Origin: Nemertoderma westbladi
Taxonomy: Eukaryota; Animalia; Xenacoelomorpha
Assembly: GCA_032718475.1 (NCBI GenBank)
Contig: JAUCBJ010000666.1
Location: forward strand, 1-36,136
Length of the DNA: 36,136 nt
Direction: 5' to 3'
Shown here: one piece after another, positions 1 through 9,348 of the stretch
How positions within the stretch are numbered: position 1 is the stretch's first letter
Layout: the number at the start of each line of letters is the position of its first letter
Program-made: the position numbers and the translations under genes
Notes under the pieces: model-generated
Database searches by the model: none
Seen by the model: the letters and a program-made list of their open reading frames with translations, nothing else
Told to the model about the DNA's origin: nothing

Positions 1-1399
1 TGGGTGTTTCCTGTTTATACCATTAGCAGCCCCCACTGTATTTTTGTAATCATCCAATAAAATCCTACGAAATTTGGGCTGTAGGTGAAAAAATTATCGA
101 AGAACATTTTCAAATCCAAAAAAATGAAAATTTCATAAGGTGGGTATAATAATTTTCATGAAAAATAGAAGTAGTCCCAGGACAAAATATACATTTTTTT
201 GATATTCTAAAAACTGATAGTGTGGCATTGTTGGCTAGCATTAGTAGGTTTTTCACTACGCTGAATCGAATGTGATTATATTCCATTTCCGAAAATTGAA
301 CTGGATGCTATTTTTCGTGCACCTAAGAAGTGGGCGTGGCACTTCAAATTTTGAAAAATACGATATTCGGAAAATACCCCCATCTTTTGATTTCAATGCG
401 TTTTTATAGGTTTTCTGGACCGCTGAATCGATTGAAAATATTATCGAAGCCTGAAGACTTAGTGGATCGTCCTTTTTGGAGCACCAAAATTAGGGTGTGG
501 CACTTCAAATATTGAAAAATACGAGATTCGGAAAATAAACCAAAGTTGAGATTTCAACGCACATTTATAGGTTTTCTGGACCGCTGAATCAATTGAAAGT
601 ATTATAGAAGCCTGAAGACTTAGTGGTTCGGCATTTTTGGTGCACCAAAATTAGGGAGTGGCACTTATTCAAATTTTGAAAAAGTACCACGCCCTAATTG
701 TGGTGTACCAATAATGACGTACCACTAAGACTTGAAGCTTCAATATTACTTTCAATCGATTCAGCGGTCCAGATAACCTATAAAAATGGGTTGAAATGAA
801 AACCTTGTGGTATTTTCTGAATATCGTAATTTTGAAAATTTGAAGTAAGCCTACTTGCCACGCCCTAATTTTGGTGCACCAAAAATGATGTACCACTAAG
901 AATTGAGTCTTCTATATTACTTTCAATCGATTAAGCGGGCCAGAAAACCCATAAAAATGCGTTGAAATCAAAACTTCGGAGTATTTAACGAATATTGCAA
1001 TTTTGAAAATTTGAAGTGCCACGCCCTAATTTTAGTGCACCAAAAATGACGTACCACTTCCCTTACATACTTATATAGAGTAGTAGAGTGCTCCATACGA
1101 ATCAGAATCAATAAAAAAAGCCCCAACATAAAGAATTACTAACTCACAAATGACCTTGTAAAATTCGAAAATTTCAAAAAAATTTCTGCTGGGGACCAAA
1201 TTTTGAGGTGGCACCCACATCGAAAAGTTGAAATCTAATTGCAACGCCGTTTTTTGCAAAAGATGCGCCATTAAATTTGACTAATTCTCGTAAAAAATTG
1301 GGCTGGTACATAATGTGGTTGCATAGATACAGCAATTAAAACTAGGAAGGGGCCGATTCCCCCCCCCCCCCCCCCCCCCCCCCCCCAGTGGTAATAGGG
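1..1399. mobile_element. Right part of a non-autonomous DNA transposon, piggyBac-type end, with an internal foldback structure (left end outside the window)
   Basis: Ends ...poly(C)-CAGTGGTAATAGGG at 1399, followed by TTAA (1400-1403), i.e. a TTAA|CCC.. terminus on the minus strand. Interior is non-coding, made of direct and inverted 161-bp subrepeats. The second terminus is not visible. Confidence 0.5.
336..1058. repeat. Inverted array of ~161-bp subrepeats
   Basis: GTGGCACTT recurs at 336, 497 and 658 (period 161). Reverse-complement copies (CCACGCCCTAATT) lie at ~687, ~858 and ~1019. Symmetry centre ~670. Confidence 0.85.
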
Positions 1400-1496
1400 T
1401 TAATGACCTCAGATTGAACTTCATCAATGCCACATGCTCTTTTGGTTTTCATTTTATTAGCAGGAGCCCAAACCTCTGCAAATGTTATATCATTAA

Positions 1497-2193
1497 GGCC
1501 CGGGTCACACATGAGCTTTCAACTTTCAACATTCAACTTTCAAATAACTAAGTCCCGGTTCACACATAAACTATAAACTTTCATCTCATAAAAATTATTG
1601 TATATATTGCTCAGACCAGATAGATATAAACGGTTAAGCAATATTCAGTTGGCAGTTATAAAAATCTGTATTGTTTTCTAGATTGAGTGTTTTTTTTATT
1701 TTATCTAAATTAATAATTTTTAATATGGATAACTAAATCGATGACGTAATATCATCATAATTATGCCTTAGATAGGCGGCGAAATAAACGCCAATATTGG
1801 GTTCACCCGATTAATAAAAAAAGGTTGATGATGTACGGCGTTATCGGAAAAATTTATCAAGATTTACGGGCAGATTGTATAAAATAAATAAAGGAAATTG
1901 TTTAATTATATAAACGAGAATGTCAATTTCATCCTTTGATGAATTACTCTCATCTATAGAACCGCATAGAGATAGCAAGTGGAGGAAGGTTACACCGGGC
2001 TATGCAAGACTATACTTCTAACCTTAAAAGGTAATGTATAACATAAATACCCCTGCTATAATTTATATACATTACTTCTGATTGGCTGTCAATGCTGGAA
2101 ATGCCAGCTTTCAACTTTCAAGTAAGATAGAACATTTTTAGGACTAGTGCATTTTGAAAGTTGAAAGTTGAAAGCTCATGTGTGACCCGGGCC
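1497..2193 (+). mobile_element. Non-autonomous PIF/Harbinger DNA transposon (697 bp, internal-deletion derivative)
   Basis: Perfect TIR of >30 bp, GGCCCGGGTCACACATGAGCTTTCAACTTTCAAC, at both ends. TAA TSD at 1494-1496 and 2194-2196. Internal transposase remnant. Confidence 0.92.
1725..1967 (+). pseudogene. Remnant of the N-terminus of a Harbinger transposase
   Basis: Manual translation from 1774 gives RRRNKRQYWVHPINKKR...IYQDLRAD and, after disruptions, RMSISSFDELLSSIEPH. This matches the WVHP / RMS..SFDELL motifs of Harbinger (HARBI1-like) transposases. Confidence 0.75.
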
Positions 2194-3309
2194 TAATAGG
2201 GATGCCATAAAAACCAACAAAGGAAGTATGGTTAAAAAACCATTTCCGTCACAGGAAATATGATTGAGTCTTCATTAATGTACACAATACAATTAATTAC
2301 TTGTTTCGTTTTTACAAATTTCTGAACAAATAGACTTCGTTTCAAGGTGTCAGTGATTTGCACTTTGGTGAAAAAATTATGTTTCACTTTCATGGCCTTT
2401 CCACTCTTCCCTGATACTATTATAACTTTGCTGTAAATGACTGTTCCTATCTATACAGGGTAAGATTTGCATGAAGACTACGGTGTTGGTTAATCTACTA
2501 CTACTATTTACTACTACAATGAAACGTTTAATAGGCAGATAAACCTTACATGATTTCACCCAATTTCTCCTTACAGCGTTTGGAACACTTTCTACCTAAA
2601 ACTGTGTATAAAACCCGTACACTAGTTCGACCCCTCTATCCAATCATTACATGATTTCAACATCCAATCAAAATATAGCTCATTAACCATTCATTAAACA
2701 TCCGGCCATAACATATATAGATCAACTTGAAAGGGATACTGAACTTAGGAGAAACGAAATTGCGACAACTATGGAGAATCGGAAAGCCTGGAAGGATCTC
2801 ATTTCCATATGCCAAAAGCCAAAATAAATAATTTTCAAAAATTATTGTTGCATTTTACTGTAGCATAAGAGAGGCAAAGTGTGGACAACAATGGTTAGAT
2901 TAGAAGATAACCTCTCGTTTTGTCTCTATGGGGCTTTTTGAGTCGAAACTTCAACGAAGAAAGTCTGTAAATATATATGAAAACAAAACGACAGTGGGTG
3001 TTCTTAAGCAGCTAACAAAATTACAAACGAATTGATTTATACAAATAATTTAATAAAATGGACTTTGAAAATGTAGGGTGTTTTATGCAATTAAAGCTAT
3101 ATTATAATCAAAGTAATAATGATATACAGTATGTTAGGCCTACTATGTATAAGTTGCATTTCACAATAACATAGTGGACGGCATTCTCAATGTACATTGT
3201 ACAGGTGATAATTCTTGGTCAATAAGAGAAAACGGGGGAAGTATTTATAGTATACAATCTTTTCGCTCATTTATAGTATTTACCTCATATCTGTTATCTC
3301 AGCCTGGCG

Positions 3310-6300
3310 ATGGCCAGGCCCAAATTTAAGCTTCCAGTTCCATGTATCGATCTAACTGAAAGCCAACTAACACCTAATATCCACATAGATGATCTTACTG
3401 AAAGTCAGCTAGTCAGGGATCTGGCACCCGGTGAAAGCCCAGAGAATATTTTATGTGGGATCCCTCTTGTAAAGCGCGACACTGAATCTATCTCTGGTAA
3501 AAATTGGTTGACCGATAATGTTTTGGAAGGTCTCCTGCGATTCTTCTGTGAGAAGTCCTATGGTCGATCACGCCCCTTCAACTGCCGTTTTTTCGATGTC
3601 CTCAATTCTCAGGTTGGTCCCTTTAGAATTTCAAAATGGATCGCTAAAACTAACATCTTCGACTATGATACCTTACTCTTCCCAGTAAATATAAACAACA
3701 ACCACTGGATCCTTCTAACATTCCACCCAAAAGCTGGTTATATTCGTTGCTTCGACTCCTTGGGTGGTAGCCACGAAAAGCTGACCCACGACTTAAGGGA
3801 CTGGGCCGTTTCATTAGCAGTACTAAACAATGAAGATCACTCCGGTATTAGAATACTTCCCCATACCCCCAAGCTGCAGTTTAATGACTCTCATCAGTGT
3901 GCAATCTACGTCTGCCACTTCGCAAAGTTTAGTGTTGAACACCCAAATGAGTGCTATCAGACATCCTTCCCACTATCAGGTGTCAATGACATGTCGATCC
4001 AGTCTCTCCGTCTAAACTTGGCCACAATAGTATCTGCTAACCCTATTAAGGCATTTCCTCTCAGCGATGCACCTAATCCCAGCTCAAAAGGAATGAATCC
4101 TTTTACAAATCCGCAGGCAGGCACACCAGGATCAACCCAGCACGGTGGTTTGGAGGGGAAAGCACCATGCACCACACAGACCCAAGGTTTTAACATTTCA
4201 GAAGATTGCCTCATTGGTGATGTAAATCCAGACCATTCGACTTCCAGCACGCAAGGTATAGGTGTCCAAGCCCGTTCAAGATGCTCTGTATGCAAGAAAG
4301 ATATTCTGGTAAATGGTAATGGTCACCTTCGCAGGCACAAAGAGAATTCTGGAGGTCCCTTGTGTCCTGGAGCAGGCAAGTTGGCTGACGTTCAGTGTGG
4401 AGATTATAGCAATTCGGAGGAGAAATCTCAGTCAGACGAGCAATTAGTTTGCAGTGAAGGAAACATGAGAAAGCAGATAGTCCATTGTGCTAACTGTTCA
4501 GTTTGGTATCACCTCTCATGTGTCGGCCTCAGGAAGAATGATTCAGAATCCCTACCACACTGGTTCTGTGGAACTTGCCTTGATCGACCTCGGACAATAC
4601 TACCAGATGTTGACCCCAGCTATAGTAAATACTTGGAAAATCTTGCATCTTATATTGCCATGCTGAAGCAATCCATTCCTGTGTTGGCAAAGATTCCTAA
4701 AGGGGCTAGAATCATGGCTGCAGACGCACTGGCCCCTTTGCTCAAAGAAGCAATTGACAACCCTGTGCCAATAACCTGGGCCCGGCTCCTAGCATTCTCG
4801 TTTGGGGCGTTAGCAAAGCCGATTCCAGCTACAAACGACCATTTGCAACCCTCACTAACATCTAAAGTCAAGCAGCAAATAAGAGACTATATGGCATCAC
4901 CCTGCCTTCCCAATCCTCGTGTTCCTCTGCACACTACACATCAGCAGCACAAACCATCAAATCTAGATGAAGCAGAACTCATTCGCAAGCGAGTTTCAGC
5001 CAAGTTCATGGATGGCGATGTCCGAGGCGCTGTAAGGATTATCACATCACAGGAGGGTTTTGCAGAACACAGTGAAGATACAATCAATGCCCTCAGGGAG
5101 AAGCACCCACCTGCCTCACTTGACCTTGATCTCCCACCACCCCCAGATGACACACTAACAGGTCCAGTTATCACTACGAAGGAGGACGTCCTTGCCAGTA
5201 TCCAGTCATTCCCCCTTTCTTCTGCTGCTGGCCCCGATGGCCTGCGCCCAGGTCATCTCCGTGACATGGTTAGCAGAGGAACTGGAGCTGCTGGTGACAA
5301 GCTGCTCAGTGAATTGACTAGGCTCGCAAATACAGCACACCGTGGGGAAACCCCTAAATTTGCTGTGCCAATCTTCTTTGGGGCCTGTCTCTGCGCCCTT
5401 AACAAAAAGGGGGGAGGTCTGCGTCCAATTGCTGTCGGCAATACATTCAGGCACTTGGTGACAAAAACTGGCATTAAACCCCTCTCAGAAGTTCTTGGAG
5501 TTGAACTAAGGCCCACACAGCTAGGTTATGGAACCAAGGGTGGTTGTGAGGCAGCTGTGCATGCGACCCGGCAATATATCAATGGCACTAAGGAACAGAA
5601 GGTGGTACTGAAAATCGACATGAAGAATGCATTTAACAGTATGCATCGTGATGTTTTCCTGAAGGCAGCTCGTGATCGTTTGCCAAGTATTTACCCCCTT
5701 GTGTGGCAAGCTTATTCCATACCGACAGTCCTTATTTTCGGAGATCACATCATCGAATCGGCCACTGGTATGCAACAGGGTGATCCTAGTGGCCCTCTTC
5801 TCTTCGCGGTGGGAGAGGAGCCTGTCACCAAACTTGTTGGTTCAGAGCTGAATATCTGGTTTCTTGACGACGGTACGGTAGGTGGTACTACAGAGAGTGT
5901 TCTTTCGGATGTCGTGGCAATAATACCAGAGCTAGCGAAGATTGGTCTAATTGTTAACGATGCAAAGTGTGAATTGATACTACTCAACCATACACCAGAA
6001 GCCGCTACTGAGACAATCCACAAGTTCAGTCAGCTCCTCCCTAATATTAGGGTCCTAAACAAGGTGGACCAGGTCCTTCTAGGAGCTCCCCTTACACGGG
6101 ATGCTATTGAACCAGCTATCCAATCAAAGCTCAAGTCTCTCGAGGTGATGGTTGATCGGCTGGTACATGTTGATGCACATCAAGGCTTCACCTTACTCAA
6201 GAATTGTCTGGCAGTCTCCCGGCTACAGTACACTCTGCGCACATCACCCACATTCAACAACACTGGTGATTTGCAGGAATTTGATACAGTTGTCCAAGAT

Positions 6301-6849
6301 GCCCTTTCTAGTATCACCAATGTTAACTTTCAGGCAAAATCCAGTACCCAGGGATCACTACCAGTCAGTCTCGGGGGACTTGGGATCCGTAAATTGGAAG
6401 ATCTGGCACTGCCTAGTTATATTTCCTCTCTTCATTCCACCGATATCCTCGTTAACTCCGTCCTCTCTAACACATTTGGAGTGGAGCCTTCGTGTGATTT
6501 GGTAGGAGCCGTCAAGGCATGGAGGGAGAAGTTCTCTTCAGTTGAGGAACCCAGTGGGGCAGCCAGGAATAACCAGAAAGCCTGGGACACTATCTCTGCG
6601 ACTATAACACAGAGAGACCTGTTTGCCAAAGCGGATCAGGTCGAAACAGCATGCCTGGCTGCAGCAGCGCAAGTGGAGAGTGGGCTTTGGCTTCATGCGA
6701 TCCCTATTCCATCTTTAGGGTCGAATTTGGATCCGGAAGCTCTTCGAATTGGTATAGCACAGAGAGTTGGTGCACCTATCTGCCATAAACACACCTGCAA
6801 GTGTGGCAAGGAAGTGGATATTCTTGGGCACCATGCACTGTCCTGCTGA
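3310..6849 (+). CDS. Retrotransposon polyprotein: Ulp1/SENP (C48) protease, C2HC zinc finger, PHD finger, reverse transcriptase, CCHC knuckle (ends at a premature TGA)
   Basis: Protease: WLTDNVL, NNNHWILL (H132), CFDSLG (D149), QFNDSHQC (Q190, C197). ZnF: CSVC..H..C (aa 325-352). PHD: CANC..WYHLSC..WFCGTC (aa 381-423). RT: SAAGPDGLRP, LRPIAVG, QLGYG..GCEAAVH, KIDMKNAFN, GMQQGDPSGPLLF, WFLDDG. Knuckle: CKCG..GHHALSC. Confidence 0.93.
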   Translation: MARPKFKLPVPCIDLTESQLTPNIHIDDLTESQLVRDLAPGESPENILCGIPLVKRDTESISGKNWLTDNVLEGLLRFFCEKSYGRSRPFNCRFFDVLNSQVGPFRISKWIAKTNIFDYDTLLFPVNINNNHWILLTFHPKAGYIRCFDSLGGSHEKLTHDLRDWAVSLAVLNNEDHSGIRILPHTPKLQFNDSHQCAIYVCHFAKFSVEHPNECYQTSFPLSGVNDMSIQSLRLNLATIVSANPIKAFPLSDAPNPSSKGMNPFTNPQAGTPGSTQHGGLEGKAPCTTQTQGFNISEDCLIGDVNPDHSTSSTQGIGVQARSRCSVCKKDILVNGNGHLRRHKENSGGPLCPGAGKLADVQCGDYSNSEEKSQSDEQLVCSEGNMRKQIVHCANCSVWYHLSCVGLRKNDSESLPHWFCGTCLDRPRTILPDVDPSYSKYLENLASYIAMLKQSIPVLAKIPKGARIMAADALAPLLKEAIDNPVPITWARLLAFSFGALAKPIPATNDHLQPSLTSKVKQQIRDYMASPCLPNPRVPLHTTHQQHKPSNLDEAELIRKRVSAKFMDGDVRGAVRIITSQEGFAEHSEDTINALREKHPPASLDLDLPPPPDDTLTGPVITTKEDVLASIQSFPLSSAAGPDGLRPGHLRDMVSRGTGAAGDKLLSELTRLANTAHRGETPKFAVPIFFGACLCALNKKGGGLRPIAVGNTFRHLVTKTGIKPLSEVLGVELRPTQLGYGTKGGCEAAVHATRQYINGTKEQKVVLKIDMKNAFNSMHRDVFLKAARDRLPSIYPLVWQAYSIPTVLIFGDHIIESATGMQQGDPSGPLLFAVGEEPVTKLVGSELNIWFLDDGTVGGTTESVLSDVVAIIPELAKIGLIVNDAKCELILLNHTPEAATETIHKFSQLLPNIRVLNKVDQVLLGAPLTRDAIEPAIQSKLKSLEVMVDRLVHVDAHQGFTLLKNCLAVSRLQYTLRTSPTFNNTGDLQEFDTVVQDALSSITNVNFQAKSSTQGSLPVSLGGLGIRKLEDLALPSYISSLHSTDILVNSVLSNTFGVEPSCDLVGAVKAWREKFSSVEEPSGAARNNQKAWDTISATITQRDLFAKADQVETACLAAAAQVESGLWLHAIPIPSLGSNLDPEALRIGIAQRVGAPICHKHTCKCGKEVDILGHHALSC

Positions 6850-6855
6850 AACAGC

Positions 6856-7347
6856 ATGGGTAGGTTCCCACGTCATGCAGCTCTCAACGACGTGCTGAAA
6901 CGTTCACTGAGCAGAGCTGGTCTACCATCTGTCCTGGAACCTACTGGGTTGGATAGGGGAGATGGGAAACGTCCTGATGGTATGACCATCTACCCCTACT
7001 CAAAAGGCCGGTGCCTGGTATGGGATGCTACATGTGTGGATACATTTGCCCCATCCCACATTATTCACTCTGCCATTGAGCCATCCTCAGCATCAGCAGC
7101 AGCGGAGGAGCTAAAGCGTGTGAAATACCGCAATTTGGGTCAGCAGTACCAATTCGAACCCCTGGCCTTCGAGACCACAGGAGTATTCGGTCCATCCACC
7201 ATCAGCATGTTAAAAGATCTTGGCCGAAGACTCATAGCGGAGTCAGGAGACCCACGCGAGAGCTTGTGGCTGAAGCAACGCATCGGGATAGCCATAGTGA
7301 GGGGGAATGCCCTTTGTGTTCGGGGTTCAATCAGCGCTGTGGAATAG
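6856..7347 (+). CDS. Restriction-like (PD-D/ExK) endonuclease domain; in-frame continuation of the 3310 ORF
   Basis: RHAALND, EP.GL.RGDGKRPDG, LVWDATCVDT, KRVKY and PLAFETTG are typical CRE RLE motifs. Same frame as the upstream ORF (TGC TGA AAC AGC ATG). Confidence 0.9.
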   Translation: MGRFPRHAALNDVLKRSLSRAGLPSVLEPTGLDRGDGKRPDGMTIYPYSKGRCLVWDATCVDTFAPSHIIHSAIEPSSASAAAEELKRVKYRNLGQQYQFEPLAFETTGVFGPSTISMLKDLGRRLIAESGDPRESLWLKQRIGIAIVRGNALCVRGSISAVE

Positions 7348-8963
7348 AGTTATTCTCGCCGAGGTATAGGGAGTAGATCAAAGAGTCATCGAGGTAAAGG
7401 GAGTAGATCAAGGAGACGTGGAGGAAAGGGGAAGAAGAAAGGAAAGAGAGGAAGATCGAAGGGGTGTGGGAAGAAAGGAGTGGGAAAGTCGACTTCTAAT
7501 CAATTCGATGTTGCAGCTGGATGGAAGAAGTTGATGAGAGGAAAATAAACAGTTGTAATGTCATTACAGTACTTTAGGTTAATATGATTGTTTATCTTGT
7601 CTGTAAATTCAAATATAATTTTTGAGAATTTCTAAAAAAAAAAAAAAAAATTTAATAAATACTAAAGTACTGTACTGCAAAACTCTTCGTATGAAAATAC
7701 TTATTTCTTACCCACCCTCAGCAAAAAGCATGAATTAATGATAAACTAATTATTATCCGTTTGTATAATTATAGTATATTCACCTGGAAAAGTGTATATT
7801 CAACTCTAAAATTCGATGCCGTTTTTTAAGCATGCAACGTTCTAGAATAAAATATATAATTTAATTAAATTTCAGCAATTTTAAGCATAAGTAAGGCCTG
7901 GTTCGGTTCGGTTCGATTGTCCTATTAATGGCCATTTAACATTTGAGAAACTGCAAATAAATTTAAGTGGGCACTTAGTAACAAAACGCTTAGTTTAAGT
8001 GCCTAATTTAAGTTAGGTGAGCAATGAGAAACCGGGCCATATTGGTTAATGTTAAAATACGTTACTGTTATCCAGTAAAATTCTAGAATACCGCATACAA
8101 TTAATTCTAATTTGTTTCGAAATCTTATTTAGCTAATATACGCATTTTTGTCCAAAAATTCGAATTTTTGAAACATATCCTATCTGATGCAGAATTTCAT
8201 GCTGAATCCAAACATGGAAACAGTTTTCCCATATCTAGCTCGAGATATCTGTGGTAGAAGATACTGGCTCCAATATATCGTGATATCAGTAAATGCGATG
8301 AAGTTTGGTGTTTGCATTCTCAATTTCTGCAAATTTATGCATTCAGTGGTGCCAATTAGATGTTTCCACGAGAAAGAGCACAAAATTTTAATTGAGAAGG
8401 TATTTTTTTTATGATTATTGGACCTACAGTACTGGTCAGTTTATAAGACAACTTCAAGTGTCCGGAATAAAGACGGGACTCGAATAAGCGACTCTGCGGT
8501 CTTTGTGGGATTACGTGGAATAGACTTATCGCTCATCGGAGATTTTCAAAATGTATAACTTCAAGTTCTAGTGGTCGTACGAAGTTCTTTTTAGGCTCAT
8601 TCGAAAGCTCTTTTCTCAAAAACTCTAACTAACATAACATAAGACTAACTAACATAAAAAAATTATAGCCACTAATAATGTTCAACATTAAACAATAAGA
8701 ATATAAAGAAAATTGATGATCTTGATTACGGGTGGGCATGGGCAGTCCAAGTAATACCAGAGAGTTTAAAAATTACAGATTGTTCGAAGTAAGTGATAAA
8801 CCTTCAGCAAAAAAACCTTGTATAACAATCTCGGCCTTCCTCCTCGGTAGTTATATGGTTTATTTTGTTTCAGGTGAATATATCGGTATATCCCGCTAGA
8901 AAGTATGTGTACAAGCATGTTATTGACACCACAGCTATTGCAACACTTCTCTGACGTGTATAC

Positions 8964-9027
8964 TACTACTACTACTACTAGGATCGGCATGCTGCATTGC
9001 AGCTGCAATTTTAAGAATGGTCTGCCT
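8964..9027 (-). mobile_element. Ultra-short 5'-truncated RTE LINE insertion (3' end only)
   Basis: (TAC)n-TAGGATCGGCATGCTGCATTGCAGCTGCA..TTAAGAATG is nearly identical to the RTE 3' end at 14782-14832. Flanked by a 7-bp TSD, TGTATAC (8957-8963, 9028-9034). Confidence 0.85.
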
Positions 9028-9200
9028 TGTATACACACAGTGTTACCTGAACCCAACGGTTTTGCCTTTGCTTCTCAGTTGGTGGGAAGTAATTTAGCTT
9101 GCGATTGATTGATGATGCGGCCAAAATCGCTGAAATCCCATGGCCAATTACTAGGCTTCGCAATGTTTTATTATGCGAAATTTTGATTACTTGCTGAACA

Positions 9201-9262
9201 GTGTCAGAAAAGTTACCACAGGGATAACTGCCTTGTGGCGGCCAAGCGTTCATAGCGACGTC

Positions 9263-9300
<38 letters not shown>

Positions 9301-9348
9301 CGAAGCAGAATTCGCCAAGCGTTGGATTGTTCATGTTCACCCACTAAT
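9201..9348 (+). rRNA. Isolated 28S rRNA fragment (domain V, peptidyl-transferase region); pseudogenic
   Basis: GTGTCAGAAAAGTTACCACAGGGATAACTG..GATCCTTCGATGTCGGCTCTTCCTATCATTG..CCCACTAAT is conserved eukaryotic LSU sequence. Only 148 bp long, with a TGTTCA duplication; the flanks are not rDNA. Confidence 0.95.

Larger units (their letters stand above)
3058..7650 (+). mobile_element. CRE-clade (RLE-type) non-LTR retrotransposon, near full length; 5' boundary uncertain
   Basis: One long reading frame with RT and a C-terminal restriction-like endonuclease, a purine-rich 3' UTR and a 17-nt poly(A) at 7634-7650. The 5' boundary is placed only by a weak AT-rich candidate TSD (AATTTAATAAA at 3047-3057 and 7649-7659). 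Confidence 0.85.

Noticed and set aside
330-896. ORFs 330-515 (+) and 669-896 (-) with similar peptides as paralogous genes
   Set aside because: The similarity is a by-product of the inverted 161-bp repeat.
1359-1386. Poly(C) here and poly(G) at 21614-21639 as functional G-quadruplex elements
   Set aside because: Both are homopolymers within transposon termini; their length is unreliable in assemblies and there is no evidence of function.
3047-3057. Firm TSD for the CRE element (AATTTAATAAA)
   Set aside because: All A/T, overlaps the poly(A) tail and could arise by chance; used only as a tentative boundary.
2200-3300. Host gene exons or promoter in the unique AT-rich spacer
   Set aside because: No convincing ORF, protein motif or splice-consistent exon could be supported from sequence alone.
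3830-6629. Short alternative-frame and antisense ORFs within the CRE element
   Set aside because: Overlap the main ORF, have no motifs, and are expected by chance at this GC content.
7895-8038. Small Harbinger-like MITE (GGCCTGGTT..AACCGGGCC)
   Set aside because: Only 9 bp of inverted match with a mismatch, and the flanks (TAA/ATA) do not form a clean TSD.
9011-9340. 109-aa minus-strand ORF
   Set aside because: Largely the antisense translation of the 28S fragment, a common spurious ORF.
9201-9348. Functional rRNA gene, or an R-element inserted in rDNA
   Set aside because: Only 148 bp, contains a 6-bp duplication in a conserved region, and 28S sequence does not continue on either side.
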